DNA of 64,000 nucleotides from Fibrobacterales bacterium (GTDB lineage Bacteria; Fibrobacterota; Fibrobacteria; Fibrobacterales; JAOPTW01): NCBI GenBank assembly GCA_051532035.1, contig JAOPTW010000013.1, positions 96,001 to 160,000 of the forward strand, read 5' to 3'. Shown piece by piece: positions 31,669 to 39,522 of this stretch (position 1 is its first letter; each line of letters starts with the position of its first letter). The notes under the pieces were generated by a model. It saw only the letters and a program-made list of their open reading frames with translations, ran no database searches and was not told where the DNA came from. The position numbers and the translations under genes were made by a program.

Positions 31669-34600
31669 TTATTTGTGATCTCCATTTAATACATCATCTT
31701 TTAATCCACCAGGGGTAAGAGATACTCCAGGATCTATATTGGCACCCTTCATTGTTCCTAAACACGACACTGTACACATAAGAGGTGCAGGACTAGAACC
31801 TTGCATATCCTCATTCTGTAGATTTGTAACCATAGTGCGCTCGTGCTCAGCAGTAGTTCCTAACGGAGTAAGTGACACCTGTTTACCATTTGTACCCTTA
31901 TCAAAATGATAATCAACATATGCATTAAGATCTACAAAGTCACCCTCAATGAGGCCACTATTGCTATACCCCTTTAAAAGAGTGCCATTTTGTTCCAAAG
32001 TAGGCACATAGGAACCGGCAGGATCATAAATCACAGCGTCCCCACCATTTTCAATATAAAGAGCAGAATGGTCATTCATCCTAACTCCATAATACAAAGC
32101 AGAAGTTGTGATTAAATAAGTTTCCAAACCATTGGGGTCAATTGCATTAACAGGATTATTTCCAACATAATTATACCCTGAATGATATTCCCTTTTAGGA
32201 TCAACACTAGTCCACAACCCAATATCAGCATCATAGTACCTAGCACCGAAATCATATAACCCAATCTCTGGTATCCATCGTTGTCCAGTAAACATAACGG
32301 GAGGGTTTATTGTCGAATGACTAATGTACTCCCATGAACTATTGTAAATTTTAAAGGAGCCATATGGCTCATACAAGTATCGTTCAAGAATTGTACCTGC
32401 ATTATTAGTTATAGCAACGACGCTATTCAAATGATTTAAATGAAAATAAAACATCTCATTATTTGTTGAGAATGATATCGGTTCATTTATACCTGGCCCC
32501 CAAATAACCTTTTGCTCTAAATTCCCTCCTGGTGCCAGACGTAAAATTTCATTTAGACCATCATATAACGGAAAGGAAACCGCTGTTCCATTTCTAATTT
32601 CAGAGACATAACCAAGTGGCCCCCGTTTCAAGCTTATAGAAGTAGATCCATTTATTGCTGATAACAACTTATTCTCTGCGTCATACGTATATTTCCAGTT
32701 ATTCTTCATTACACGATTCCCCGCTTTATCATATTCCAAAGAAATAACATCTGTTCCAGTCACGGTCTTTGTCTGATTAGCTAAATCAACATCAAGTACT
32801 TTAGAATTATTCTCATTTTTTATGACAACATTACCCGTTTGGTCATATTGATACATATTATTTATTTCACCGTATTGTCCAATTCGATAAGCGCTTAGTA
32901 ATTGAGAGTTAAGAGAATATGAAAATTTTTCACTAAAGGGTGTATCAGAGATGTTTGTTATTCGATCCCGAACGTCATAATTATATCTTGTTTCCTGAAC
33001 CTCACCTTCTGATAAACCTAATAAAGGTATGCCAAAGTGATAATATCTATTTTGTTGCACTCCATTTCCCAGCTGCTTCATAGACACTTTGCCGTGCTCT
33101 CTATACTCATAGTTAACAACAGGAATACCTCCATCTTTAATTTCTGAAACGAGATTTTTCTCATTATAGCCATATTCTACATCTAAAAAAGGTAAGGATT
33201 CCAATTTTTTTCTATTACCATCACTGTCATAGCTATAGTTTACAACCTGTTTAAACTCACCAGGTACTTCATGAGTTGTAGACTTTAGTTGATTCGCCGT
33301 ATTATAAGTGAAGCTCATTTTTTTATTTTTATTCTGTATAGTCTTTACCCGTCCCGCCATATCATAGCTAGTACCAACAGTAGGGGTTTCATCAGAATAG
33401 CATCTGTTAATCTCTCGATTTCTTGAATCATAGGTATATTCAGTCCAAATATTATTTGCATTTAATCTTCTACTAATATTACCGCCCCCATCGTACCAAT
33501 TCGCTTCAAATAATTTAGATTGACCTTTTTCGCTAGGGTTGGTTTTTAAAACAACTCTATCCTGAGCATCGTAATATGTCCCGGTTTTTCTTCCCTGTGG
33601 ATCAGTGGTTACTTGTAATTTTCCACTCTTAGAATAGTCATATTTAGTCTTATCACCGAGTTCATTAATGAATGCTTTTTTTCTGTTCATTGAATCGTAT
33701 GTATAAGTCACAGCAGTATTATCTGGATATGTAATTTCTAAAATATTCCCAACTAAGTCGCGCTCCCAAATCGTTGTTCTGTAATATAAACCAGATTGGG
33801 TTGGATTATCAATATTAAAGGTAAATACTTGTTTTGATATTAACTTGTCACGGTAATCATAAGTTCTTTTAATTTTATTTAGGAAAGGGTCGACTTCCTC
33901 TATCAAATTTCCGTTCCCATCATATTTATATGTATAATCAGATGCCTCGTCAGTTCCTGCAGCAACGGTTTTTGAGATAAGCTGAAACTCATTATCATAT
34001 TTAAAAGTTGTAGTTTTTCCGCTAGGTTCAATGATTTTTGCTGGCTTCTCATTAACATAAGCATAGGGCCCAAATTCATCATGAGTATAATCCCAGGTGG
34101 TCTTTTGGCCAAGAGCATTAATTTCATATCTTAAACGATTATAGAAATCATAATCATACATTTTATAAGATTCATTATCGAACTCTAAAATCATTTTTCC
34201 AGCATGATTATACTGATAAAACTTAAATGATTCATCTGCATAGGTAATTCTTGAAACCAATCCTCTATCTGAAATCATAACGTTATTATATCTTTCATAT
34301 TCATAGGTTGTGATATTTCCATTAGGATCAGTCTCGGTTTTAACTCTATCTTCCCAAGGATGACCGTCTGAATAGTAAGTATATTTAGTAAAATATTTTT
34401 TCTCCTCGAAAGAAGGAGGCCAATATTTAAGTAATCTACCCATTGCATCATATTCCCAGTACTCAGTTGCCCCATTTTTTAATTTATGGCTACCAGCTTG
34501 AGCATAAATATTGTAATTATTCCATTGTTCATAAGTCCCATCAGGATAAGTAACTTGCTTTAAAAGGTGATTTTCCCAATAGTCATAACTAGTTACTCTT

Positions 34601-36015
34601 CCCATTTCATCTGTTTTTGTTTTTATGTAATAAGGATTGGATTCATCAGTATAAGTGTAGCTAACTGAATGTTGCTCGTTGCCATTTACATATGTTATAT
34701 TCTTAATGTTTGAATTTATAGGATTATAATCATATAAGGTACTATATCCATTTGGGTTCTTTATTTCGCGTATGTTATTTGAGAGCCAACCAAATTTACT
34801 TTTTTGTTCTTCCCAAGAAAAAGGTAAATAATTCCACTCCTTCCCATTAGCATTGATGTATATCCTACCCAGCTCCCAAAGCTGTCCGCCTTCACCTTCA
34901 TGGTTGTGTATAGATCTAGTCGCTCCATTTGGGAGTCGTTCAAAATCTGCAGTTCCTAAACGAGTACGAAACTGAAGTTCAGGATTACCACGTATTAATT
35001 CAGATAAAACAACATCAAAAATTCCATTTGTTACTTTTTGAACCTGTAGCCGTACTAAAGAATGTTCATAATCATCAGGGGTTTTCAACACCTCGTAATG
35101 ATACTTGATCCTTGGAAGAGGATTGACTGACCTTGTATCAACAAACTCTTTTGGTAGGCCTATTGTTGCGGTACCATCATCTTCATAATATTCGTACTTT
35201 GCTACAGAGCCATCTGAATATATTACTTCAGAGATGACAGGTAAGTCAAATGTTTTTTGAGATTTGTTTGTAAATACTACTTTTTGACCCGCACTGGAGG
35301 AAGCTTCAACTATTGCCCTATCATTCCATTTAAATTTGATCCACCTTCCTGATGCATCGGTTATTTCAGTTGGCCCTAAAATACTATTTGCTTTTATTTG
35401 AATTTCAACTCCATTCGGGTCTACTATTCTGTTACTAACATATGTATCAAAAATATCTTCATTACCAGCATAAAGACTATTTAAAGGATATGGCTTAACA
35501 ACTTTTTTAAAGTAAACCTTTGTTCCATCATCAAGAATTAAAACGGGCAATGTTGTTGAAGGTGGGCTCCAAATTAATCTATCTGATGACTCTATTGACT
35601 TATAAGTAAAAATATCATTGTCTACAAATTTACGATAACTTTGACGAACTCCTGATGGAGTAGTGACTATAACGTCCCTAAACCTACCTGCCCTTGTTGC
35701 AATTCGATAGAAGTGTTCAAAATTCCAAGTTGAAAAATTCCTATCAGCAGGTGAACCGGCTGACAATTTTTCTATATAGGTTGAGATTGAGCGTGTACAT
35801 TGAAGTGGGACCTTCCCTACTGATCCAGGTACAATAAAATCAACTACTTTACGAACAGGTACGCCTGAAGCTAGAGATACATTCCCTGTAGCGTCAAGTT
35901 GTTTTGGTCCGTCTGGCCTACCAGGTAATTCATTCGGAGTATCCTGCTCAGCAAAAGTATGACTCACTAGAAAAAAAATTAATATAACCAAATAAGGAGT
36001 GTATAATATTTTCAT
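31669..36015 (-). CDS. RHS/YD-repeat polymorphic toxin with N-terminal Sec signal peptide
   Basis: MKILYTPYLVILIFFLVSHTFA signal; many YD repeats; core FTGQRW..GLYDFGARYYD..GLWTSVDP..YNYVGNNPVNAIDPNGL; ~150-aa C-terminal tip. Confidence 0.95.
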   Translation of the reverse strand: MKILYTPYLVILIFFLVSHTFAEQDTPNELPGRPDGPKQLDATGNVSLASGVPVRKVVDFIVPGSVGKVPLQCTRSISTYIEKLSAGSPADRNFSTWNFEHFYRIATRAGRFRDVIVTTPSGVRQSYRKFVDNDIFTYKSIESSDRLIWSPPSTTLPVLILDDGTKVYFKKVVKPYPLNSLYAGNEDIFDTYVSNRIVDPNGVEIQIKANSILGPTEITDASGRWIKFKWNDRAIVEASSSAGQKVVFTNKSQKTFDLPVISEVIYSDGSVAKYEYYEDDGTATIGLPKEFVDTRSVNPLPRIKYHYEVLKTPDDYEHSLVRLQVQKVTNGIFDVVLSELIRGNPELQFRTRLGTADFERLPNGATRSIHNHEGEGGQLWELGRIYINANGKEWNYLPFSWEEQKSKFGWLSNNIREIKNPNGYSTLYDYNPINSNIKNITYVNGNEQHSVSYTYTDESNPYYIKTKTDEMGRVTSYDYWENHLLKQVTYPDGTYEQWNNYNIYAQAGSHKLKNGATEYWEYDAMGRLLKYWPPSFEEKKYFTKYTYYSDGHPWEDRVKTETDPNGNITTYEYERYNNVMISDRGLVSRITYADESFKFYQYNHAGKMILEFDNESYKMYDYDFYNRLRYEINALGQKTTWDYTHDEFGPYAYVNEKPAKIIEPSGKTTTFKYDNEFQLISKTVAAGTDEASDYTYKYDGNGNLIEEVDPFLNKIKRTYDYRDKLISKQVFTFNIDNPTQSGLYYRTTIWERDLVGNILEITYPDNTAVTYTYDSMNRKKAFINELGDKTKYDYSKSGKLQVTTDPQGRKTGTYYDAQDRVVLKTNPSEKGQSKLFEANWYDGGGNISRRLNANNIWTEYTYDSRNREINRCYSDETPTVGTSYDMAGRVKTIQNKNKKMSFTYNTANQLKSTTHEVPGEFKQVVNYSYDSDGNRKKLESLPFLDVEYGYNEKNLVSEIKDGGIPVVNYEYREHGKVSMKQLGNGVQQNRYYHFGIPLLGLSEGEVQETRYNYDVRDRITNISDTPFSEKFSYSLNSQLLSAYRIGQYGEINNMYQYDQTGNVVIKNENNSKVLDVDLANQTKTVTGTDVISLEYDKAGNRVMKNNWKYTYDAENKLLSAINGSTSISLKRGPLGYVSEIRNGTAVSFPLYDGLNEILRLAPGGNLEQKVIWGPGINEPISFSTNNEMFYFHLNHLNSVVAITNNAGTILERYLYEPYGSFKIYNSSWEYISHSTINPPVMFTGQRWIPEIGLYDFGARYYDADIGLWTSVDPKREYHSGYNYVGNNPVNAIDPNGLETYLITTSALYYGVRMNDHSALYIENGGDAVIYDPAGSYVPTLEQNGTLLKGYSNSGLIEGDFVDLNAYVDYHFDKGTNGKQVSLTPLGTTAEHERTMVTNLQNEDMQGSSPAPLMCTVSCLGTMKGANIDPGVSLTPGGLKDDVLNGDHK

Positions 36016-36016
36016 T

Positions 36017-36175
36017 TTATAAATTTCCTTTGGCTACAGACCCCGGAATTACAAAATCTACTACTTTCCTAGCTGGTTGGGCAGAAACAAAATCAACATC
36101 CCCAGCTCTATCAACTTTTTTGATCCCCTCTAAAACACATTTAATAGTAAAACACAAGAGTAAATAATTTTTCAT
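36017..36175 (-). pseudogene. 52-aa truncated paralogue of the RHS N-terminus
   Basis: MKNYLLLCF...KVDRAGDVDFVSAQPARKVVDFVIPGSVAKGNL* aligns with RHS QLDATGNVSLASGVPVRKVVDFIVPGSVGKVPL; its stop lies 1 nt before the RHS ATG. Confidence 0.75.
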
Positions 36176-36283
36176 AAATATATCCTGAATATTGTATTAT
36201 TCAAATTTGACTTTTTAACATAATTATTAGACTAGCACAATTCTATTAACGTTAGAATTGCTCATTACAAATCATTTATTAAT

Positions 36284-36742
36284 TCACATAGATGGAGGAA
36301 TAGAAGGTAATAGCATATGAGGCTGAATTATTACGCTGGGTTGTAATACTTGATTCATCATAGTACTACTTATCGCCACGTTGGCTTGAAGCGCCTGATT
36401 CATCACACTAACATTCATGTTAACATTTTGTAGTAAGACCTGACTTGTTAACAACAAAATTTCAGCTCCATGCCTTGCCTCCAAATACATTCTTTCCTCC
36501 TCAACGTCTTCTTTTATAGCAGTTAACTCTTCAACAACTCCAACATCAAAAGGTATTTTACTTAATATCTGCATAGAAATAAGTGCATCAATTGCATTTT
36601 CTCTTTCCTGATATTTTAATTCCGAGTTACAATTACATTCGTCAACACTACCAATTTCATCAATACAGTCGGAAGCATATGTGAATGAGCTAATCATTAT
36701 TAAACCTGTAATAAGCAAAGTAAATTTCATTTTAATCTTCAA
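36284..36742 (-). CDS. Small secreted helical protein carrying the 15-aa-periodic C-terminal tail
   Basis: Signal peptide; tail SQVLLQNVNMNVSVM/NQALQANVAISSTMM/NQVLQPSVIIQPHML. Confidence 0.8.
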   Translation of the reverse strand: MKIKMKFTLLITGLIMISSFTYASDCIDEIGSVDECNCNSELKYQERENAIDALISMQILSKIPFDVGVVEELTAIKEDVEEERMYLEARHGAEILLLTSQVLLQNVNMNVSVMNQALQANVAISSTMMNQVLQPSVIIQPHMLLPSIPPSM

Positions 36743-36990
36743 TCCTATCTTATAATCGTTTTATTTTAGTAGTAAGACTATGATCATATCTGAGGAAATG
36801 ACCACATTATTTTTTGCTTCGCCAATAGTAAAAATCAAAAGACATAAATGTATATCTTACTTTACCAATTTCTATGTCTGAATATCTTGAAAGAGACAAA
36901 TATAATCTATGACTTATCTACTACTCATCATGTTATGTGTTTTTTACAATAGGTAAGACTATTGCAGCTTACCATGGGGAAGCAAGCCCT

Positions 36991-37170
36991 TGTCTCAGTT
37001 CAAAATGTCCGGTTGATTACCTAATAAATGGGGCGAAATTGATTAATAATGAGACAAAAATATACTGGAAAAGAAAAACTCATTAAAGAATCAAAAAGCC
37101 TGAGTTACCATCTATCAAGCTTTTGTCAGAGGAATTAAAGATACCAAAAGCTACATCGTATGCCTGGAGC
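36991..37170 (+). mobile_element. Possible IS3-family left-end remnant with frameshifted OrfA HTH
   Basis: Begins TGTCTCAGTTC; ATG 37049 MRQKYTGKEK, then after a frameshift RIKKPELPSIKLLSEELKIPKATSYAW (transposase HTH-like); ends abruptly at repeat B. Confidence 0.45.
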
Positions 37171-37171
37171 T

Positions 37172-37395
37172 ATAACTGCAAGGTATGCGGATGTAAAATC
37201 AACTATGGAAAATATTCTGTGAGCCTTGTAAAGCAAACTTTTACCATTGATAATAGCAATGACACTATTTTTTCATAGTTGCTTACCGAGGTGGTGTTGC
37301 TAAGGTGATGTTGTTTATGTGATCATTATGGTAGTCATAACTTTGAGATGTGTTATTTATTTGGAGTCACGGCAATGGCGTTCACCACATATTAC
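37172..37395 (+). repeat. Direct repeat B, copy 1 (~225 bp, non-coding)
   Basis: ATAACTGCAAGGTATGCGGATGTAAAATCAACTATGG...CACCACATATTAC, repeated at 42954-43178. Confidence 0.92.
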
Positions 37396-37525
37396 TGATA
37401 AGACATGAGTACATCATTGTCACCATCAAGTACGGCAAAATAACGCATATTTCACGAGCAAAACACCGTTCCCCAAGTGACACAATAAGCTCCCCCACTT
37501 ACACAATACGGTCCGCTAGTAAAAC

Positions 37526-38113
37526 AATGGAACCGATTGGGATGCGAGTGAATTTACCGATAGAAAGGCGTCAACTATCTCTATGGTAATTAATCAGTAC
37601 AACAATCCTATTGTTGCTTATTTCACATCAGCAGGAACTGTTGAGATTAAAAAAATGAGCATTTACCCTGAGGCACAAACTGATTGGGACCCTACAGCAG
37701 ATTATCAAATTGTTAATAAACTCAGTGGAAAATGTCTTGATGTTGCAGAAGCATCTTTATGGAATGGTGCCAATATACAGCAGTGGGATTGTTATGCAGG
37801 ACAAAATCAGCTCTGGAGTATTGTTACAGTAGGCGAGCATTATAAAATCATTAACAAACACAGCGGTAAAGCGTTAGATATCGCAGAGTGGTCGTGGAAT
37901 AATGGCGGCAACATTCATCAGTGGGATTATGTGAATGGTGCTAACCAACAATGGTCTATCTCCCCTATTTCAGAATCATACTTCGCTATTGGTAGTGCTA
38001 TGAATCAAAAAGTTCTCGATGTTGCAGCATGGTCAATAGACAATGGTGGGAATATCCATCAGTGGGACTTTGTGAATGGTGATAATCAGTTATGGGAAAT
38101 TGTTAAGAACTAA
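37526..38113 (+). pseudogene. 5'-truncated duplicate of the ricin-domain gene (repeat A copy 2; track ORF 37583..38113)
   Basis: Homology to 29447-30034 starts mid-gene; no signal peptide; the ricin domain itself is intact. Confidence 0.85.
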
Positions 38114-38258
38114 TCGAGTAGAAGCAATCAATTAGTTTAATGAAAAAGCCGAGCATATTTGCTCGGCTTATACGATGTATTTTTTTAAAACATGACAATT
38201 CAGACTAGAATTCACCTTTTTATAAATTGAACTATTGATGAGTTAAAATTTTGTACTT

Positions 38259-38621
38259 TTACTTCATTAAACGAACAGAAACTATTTCAGTTGCATGAGG
38301 GATACCTTCCCCATCATCGTTAATATAAATAACCAACTTAGTTCCCGTATTCATAGCATTAAGTATAAGAGTTAGCATAGAACTGTAACCCGGATTATTA
38401 TATGCAATATAAAAATTAGGTTTTTTCCCACATGGTACCCTTGGTGTTACCAAAATCGTATTAGTTTGATCAATAGCGCCAATATCATACCGAGTACCAT
38501 TTGCATACAAATCTTTCACTTCTACATTTGCACAAGAAAGTACAGGATTGGAAAACGCATTCCCCGCAAAAACACTCACAAGAAGAACTGCACCGACCAT
38601 CATTTGTTTTAACATTTTCAT
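38259..38621 (-). CDS. Small secreted protein, paralogue 3 of 4 (AB5 B-subunit/OB-fold-like)
   Basis: CANVEVKDL..GTRYD..NTILVTPRVPC..YSSMLTLILNAMNTGTKL. Confidence 0.8.
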   Translation of the reverse strand: MKMLKQMMVGAVLLVSVFAGNAFSNPVLSCANVEVKDLYANGTRYDIGAIDQTNTILVTPRVPCGKKPNFYIAYNNPGYSSMLTLILNAMNTGTKLVIYINDDGEGIPHATEIVSVRLMK

Positions 38622-38661
38622 AATTTTTCCTTTTTTATTTTAGTTATTGTTTATTGAATTT

Positions 38662-38850
38662 TTAAGGTATTACAATATTTTGCATGACGTGTGGCTGGAT
38701 AGCGATACTTGGCATCATGACTTGATTTATTAAGCTGTTGTTAATAGTCGGGCTGTACATGCCTAGGACCTAAGAGAAAAGATGCATGAGAGGTATATCA
38801 ATAATATCCAACTTCAAACTTTTACACCCGATCATATTAGTTTCTTTTTT
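38662..38850 (-). pseudogene. 3' remnant of a paralogue of the PKD/tail protein
   Basis: KKETNMIGCKSLKLDIIDIPLMHLFS*VLGMYSPTINNSLINQVMMPSIAIQPHVMQNIVIP* aligns with the C-terminus of 39523..42534; premature TAG at 38770-38772 in place of Gln. Confidence 0.85.
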
Positions 38851-38894
38851 ATAGTGACTATTCTTTTACCTTACAATCTGGAAATATCAAGTCA

Positions 38895-39062
38895 AGCTGA
38901 AGCCTACAGATTTGACGAACTGAGAGCTGTCGAGCAGTTTGGACTTGACCTGACGAAGGTAAGTACGAAGTATTCAAATAGACTGAAGGACTCATTGAAT
39001 AATCCTATCGGGAGTACAATAAAGAAGCGGTACCCATAGGGTCGTTACCTTTTTATTGTACT
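38895..39062 (+). other. Structured RtT-like element ending in a tRNA-3'-end-like sequence and a hairpin
   Basis: Successive short hairpins, then GACTGAAGGA..GAATAATCC-TATCGGGAGTACA, then AGTACAATAAA/TTTATTGTACT inverted repeat. Confidence 0.4.
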
Positions 39063-39125
39063 ACTAACTTGACCATAAAAATTAATGAGTATTCTACATG
39101 ATTTATACAATCAGGATATTATACA

Positions 39126-39482
39126 TTAGTTTTGCTGGAGTACGAAAATTATTTCTGAGGCATCTAGCGTTTCTTTCTCATTTGGATTAACATAAAAATC
39201 AAGTCTTTTCCCTGTATTTTGTGAATTTAATATTAGTGTAAGTATTGCACTATATTCGGGCTTGTTTAAATGCATAAACAAATAAGGATTAGCGCCACAT
39301 TGAGTTACAGGTCTTATCAATATCCTATTTGCATGTGATGGGTAATCTGTTCGACTTCCTTGAACATAGAGATTCTTAACTTGAACATTTTCACACATAA
39401 TTTCACCTACAGCAAACGCATTCCCCGCAAACACACTCGCAAGAAGAACTGCACCGACCATCATTTGTTTTAAAATTTTCAT
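39126..39482 (-). CDS. Small secreted protein, paralogue 4 of 4 (AB5 B-subunit/OB-fold-like)
   Basis: CENVQVKNL..GSRTD..NRILIRPVTQC..YSAILTLILNSQNTGKRL. Confidence 0.8.
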   Translation of the reverse strand: MKILKQMMVGAVLLASVFAGNAFAVGEIMCENVQVKNLYVQGSRTDYPSHANRILIRPVTQCGANPYLFMHLNKPEYSAILTLILNSQNTGKRLDFYVNPNEKETLDASEIIFVLQQN

Positions 39483-39522
39483 ATTTGTTCCTTTTTTTAT
39501 TTTGTTATTGTTTATTGAATTT

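Noticed and set aside
29447..38169. Diversity-generating retroelement template/variable repeat pair (ricin duplicates)
   Set aside because: The differences are not adenine-specific and are mostly synonymous, and no RT gene is present.
38782..39039. 85-aa plus-strand ORF
   Set aside because: It overlaps the antisense tail-gene remnant and the structured element, and has no recognisable domain.
38895..39062. Intact tRNA, group II intron end or retron ncRNA
   Set aside because: There is no cloverleaf or TTC loop, no domain V consensus, and no reverse transcriptase in the window.
30145..39482. Integron cassette array of small ORFs
   Set aside because: No integrase or attC-like sites were seen; the shared flanks are signal-peptide and leader homology.
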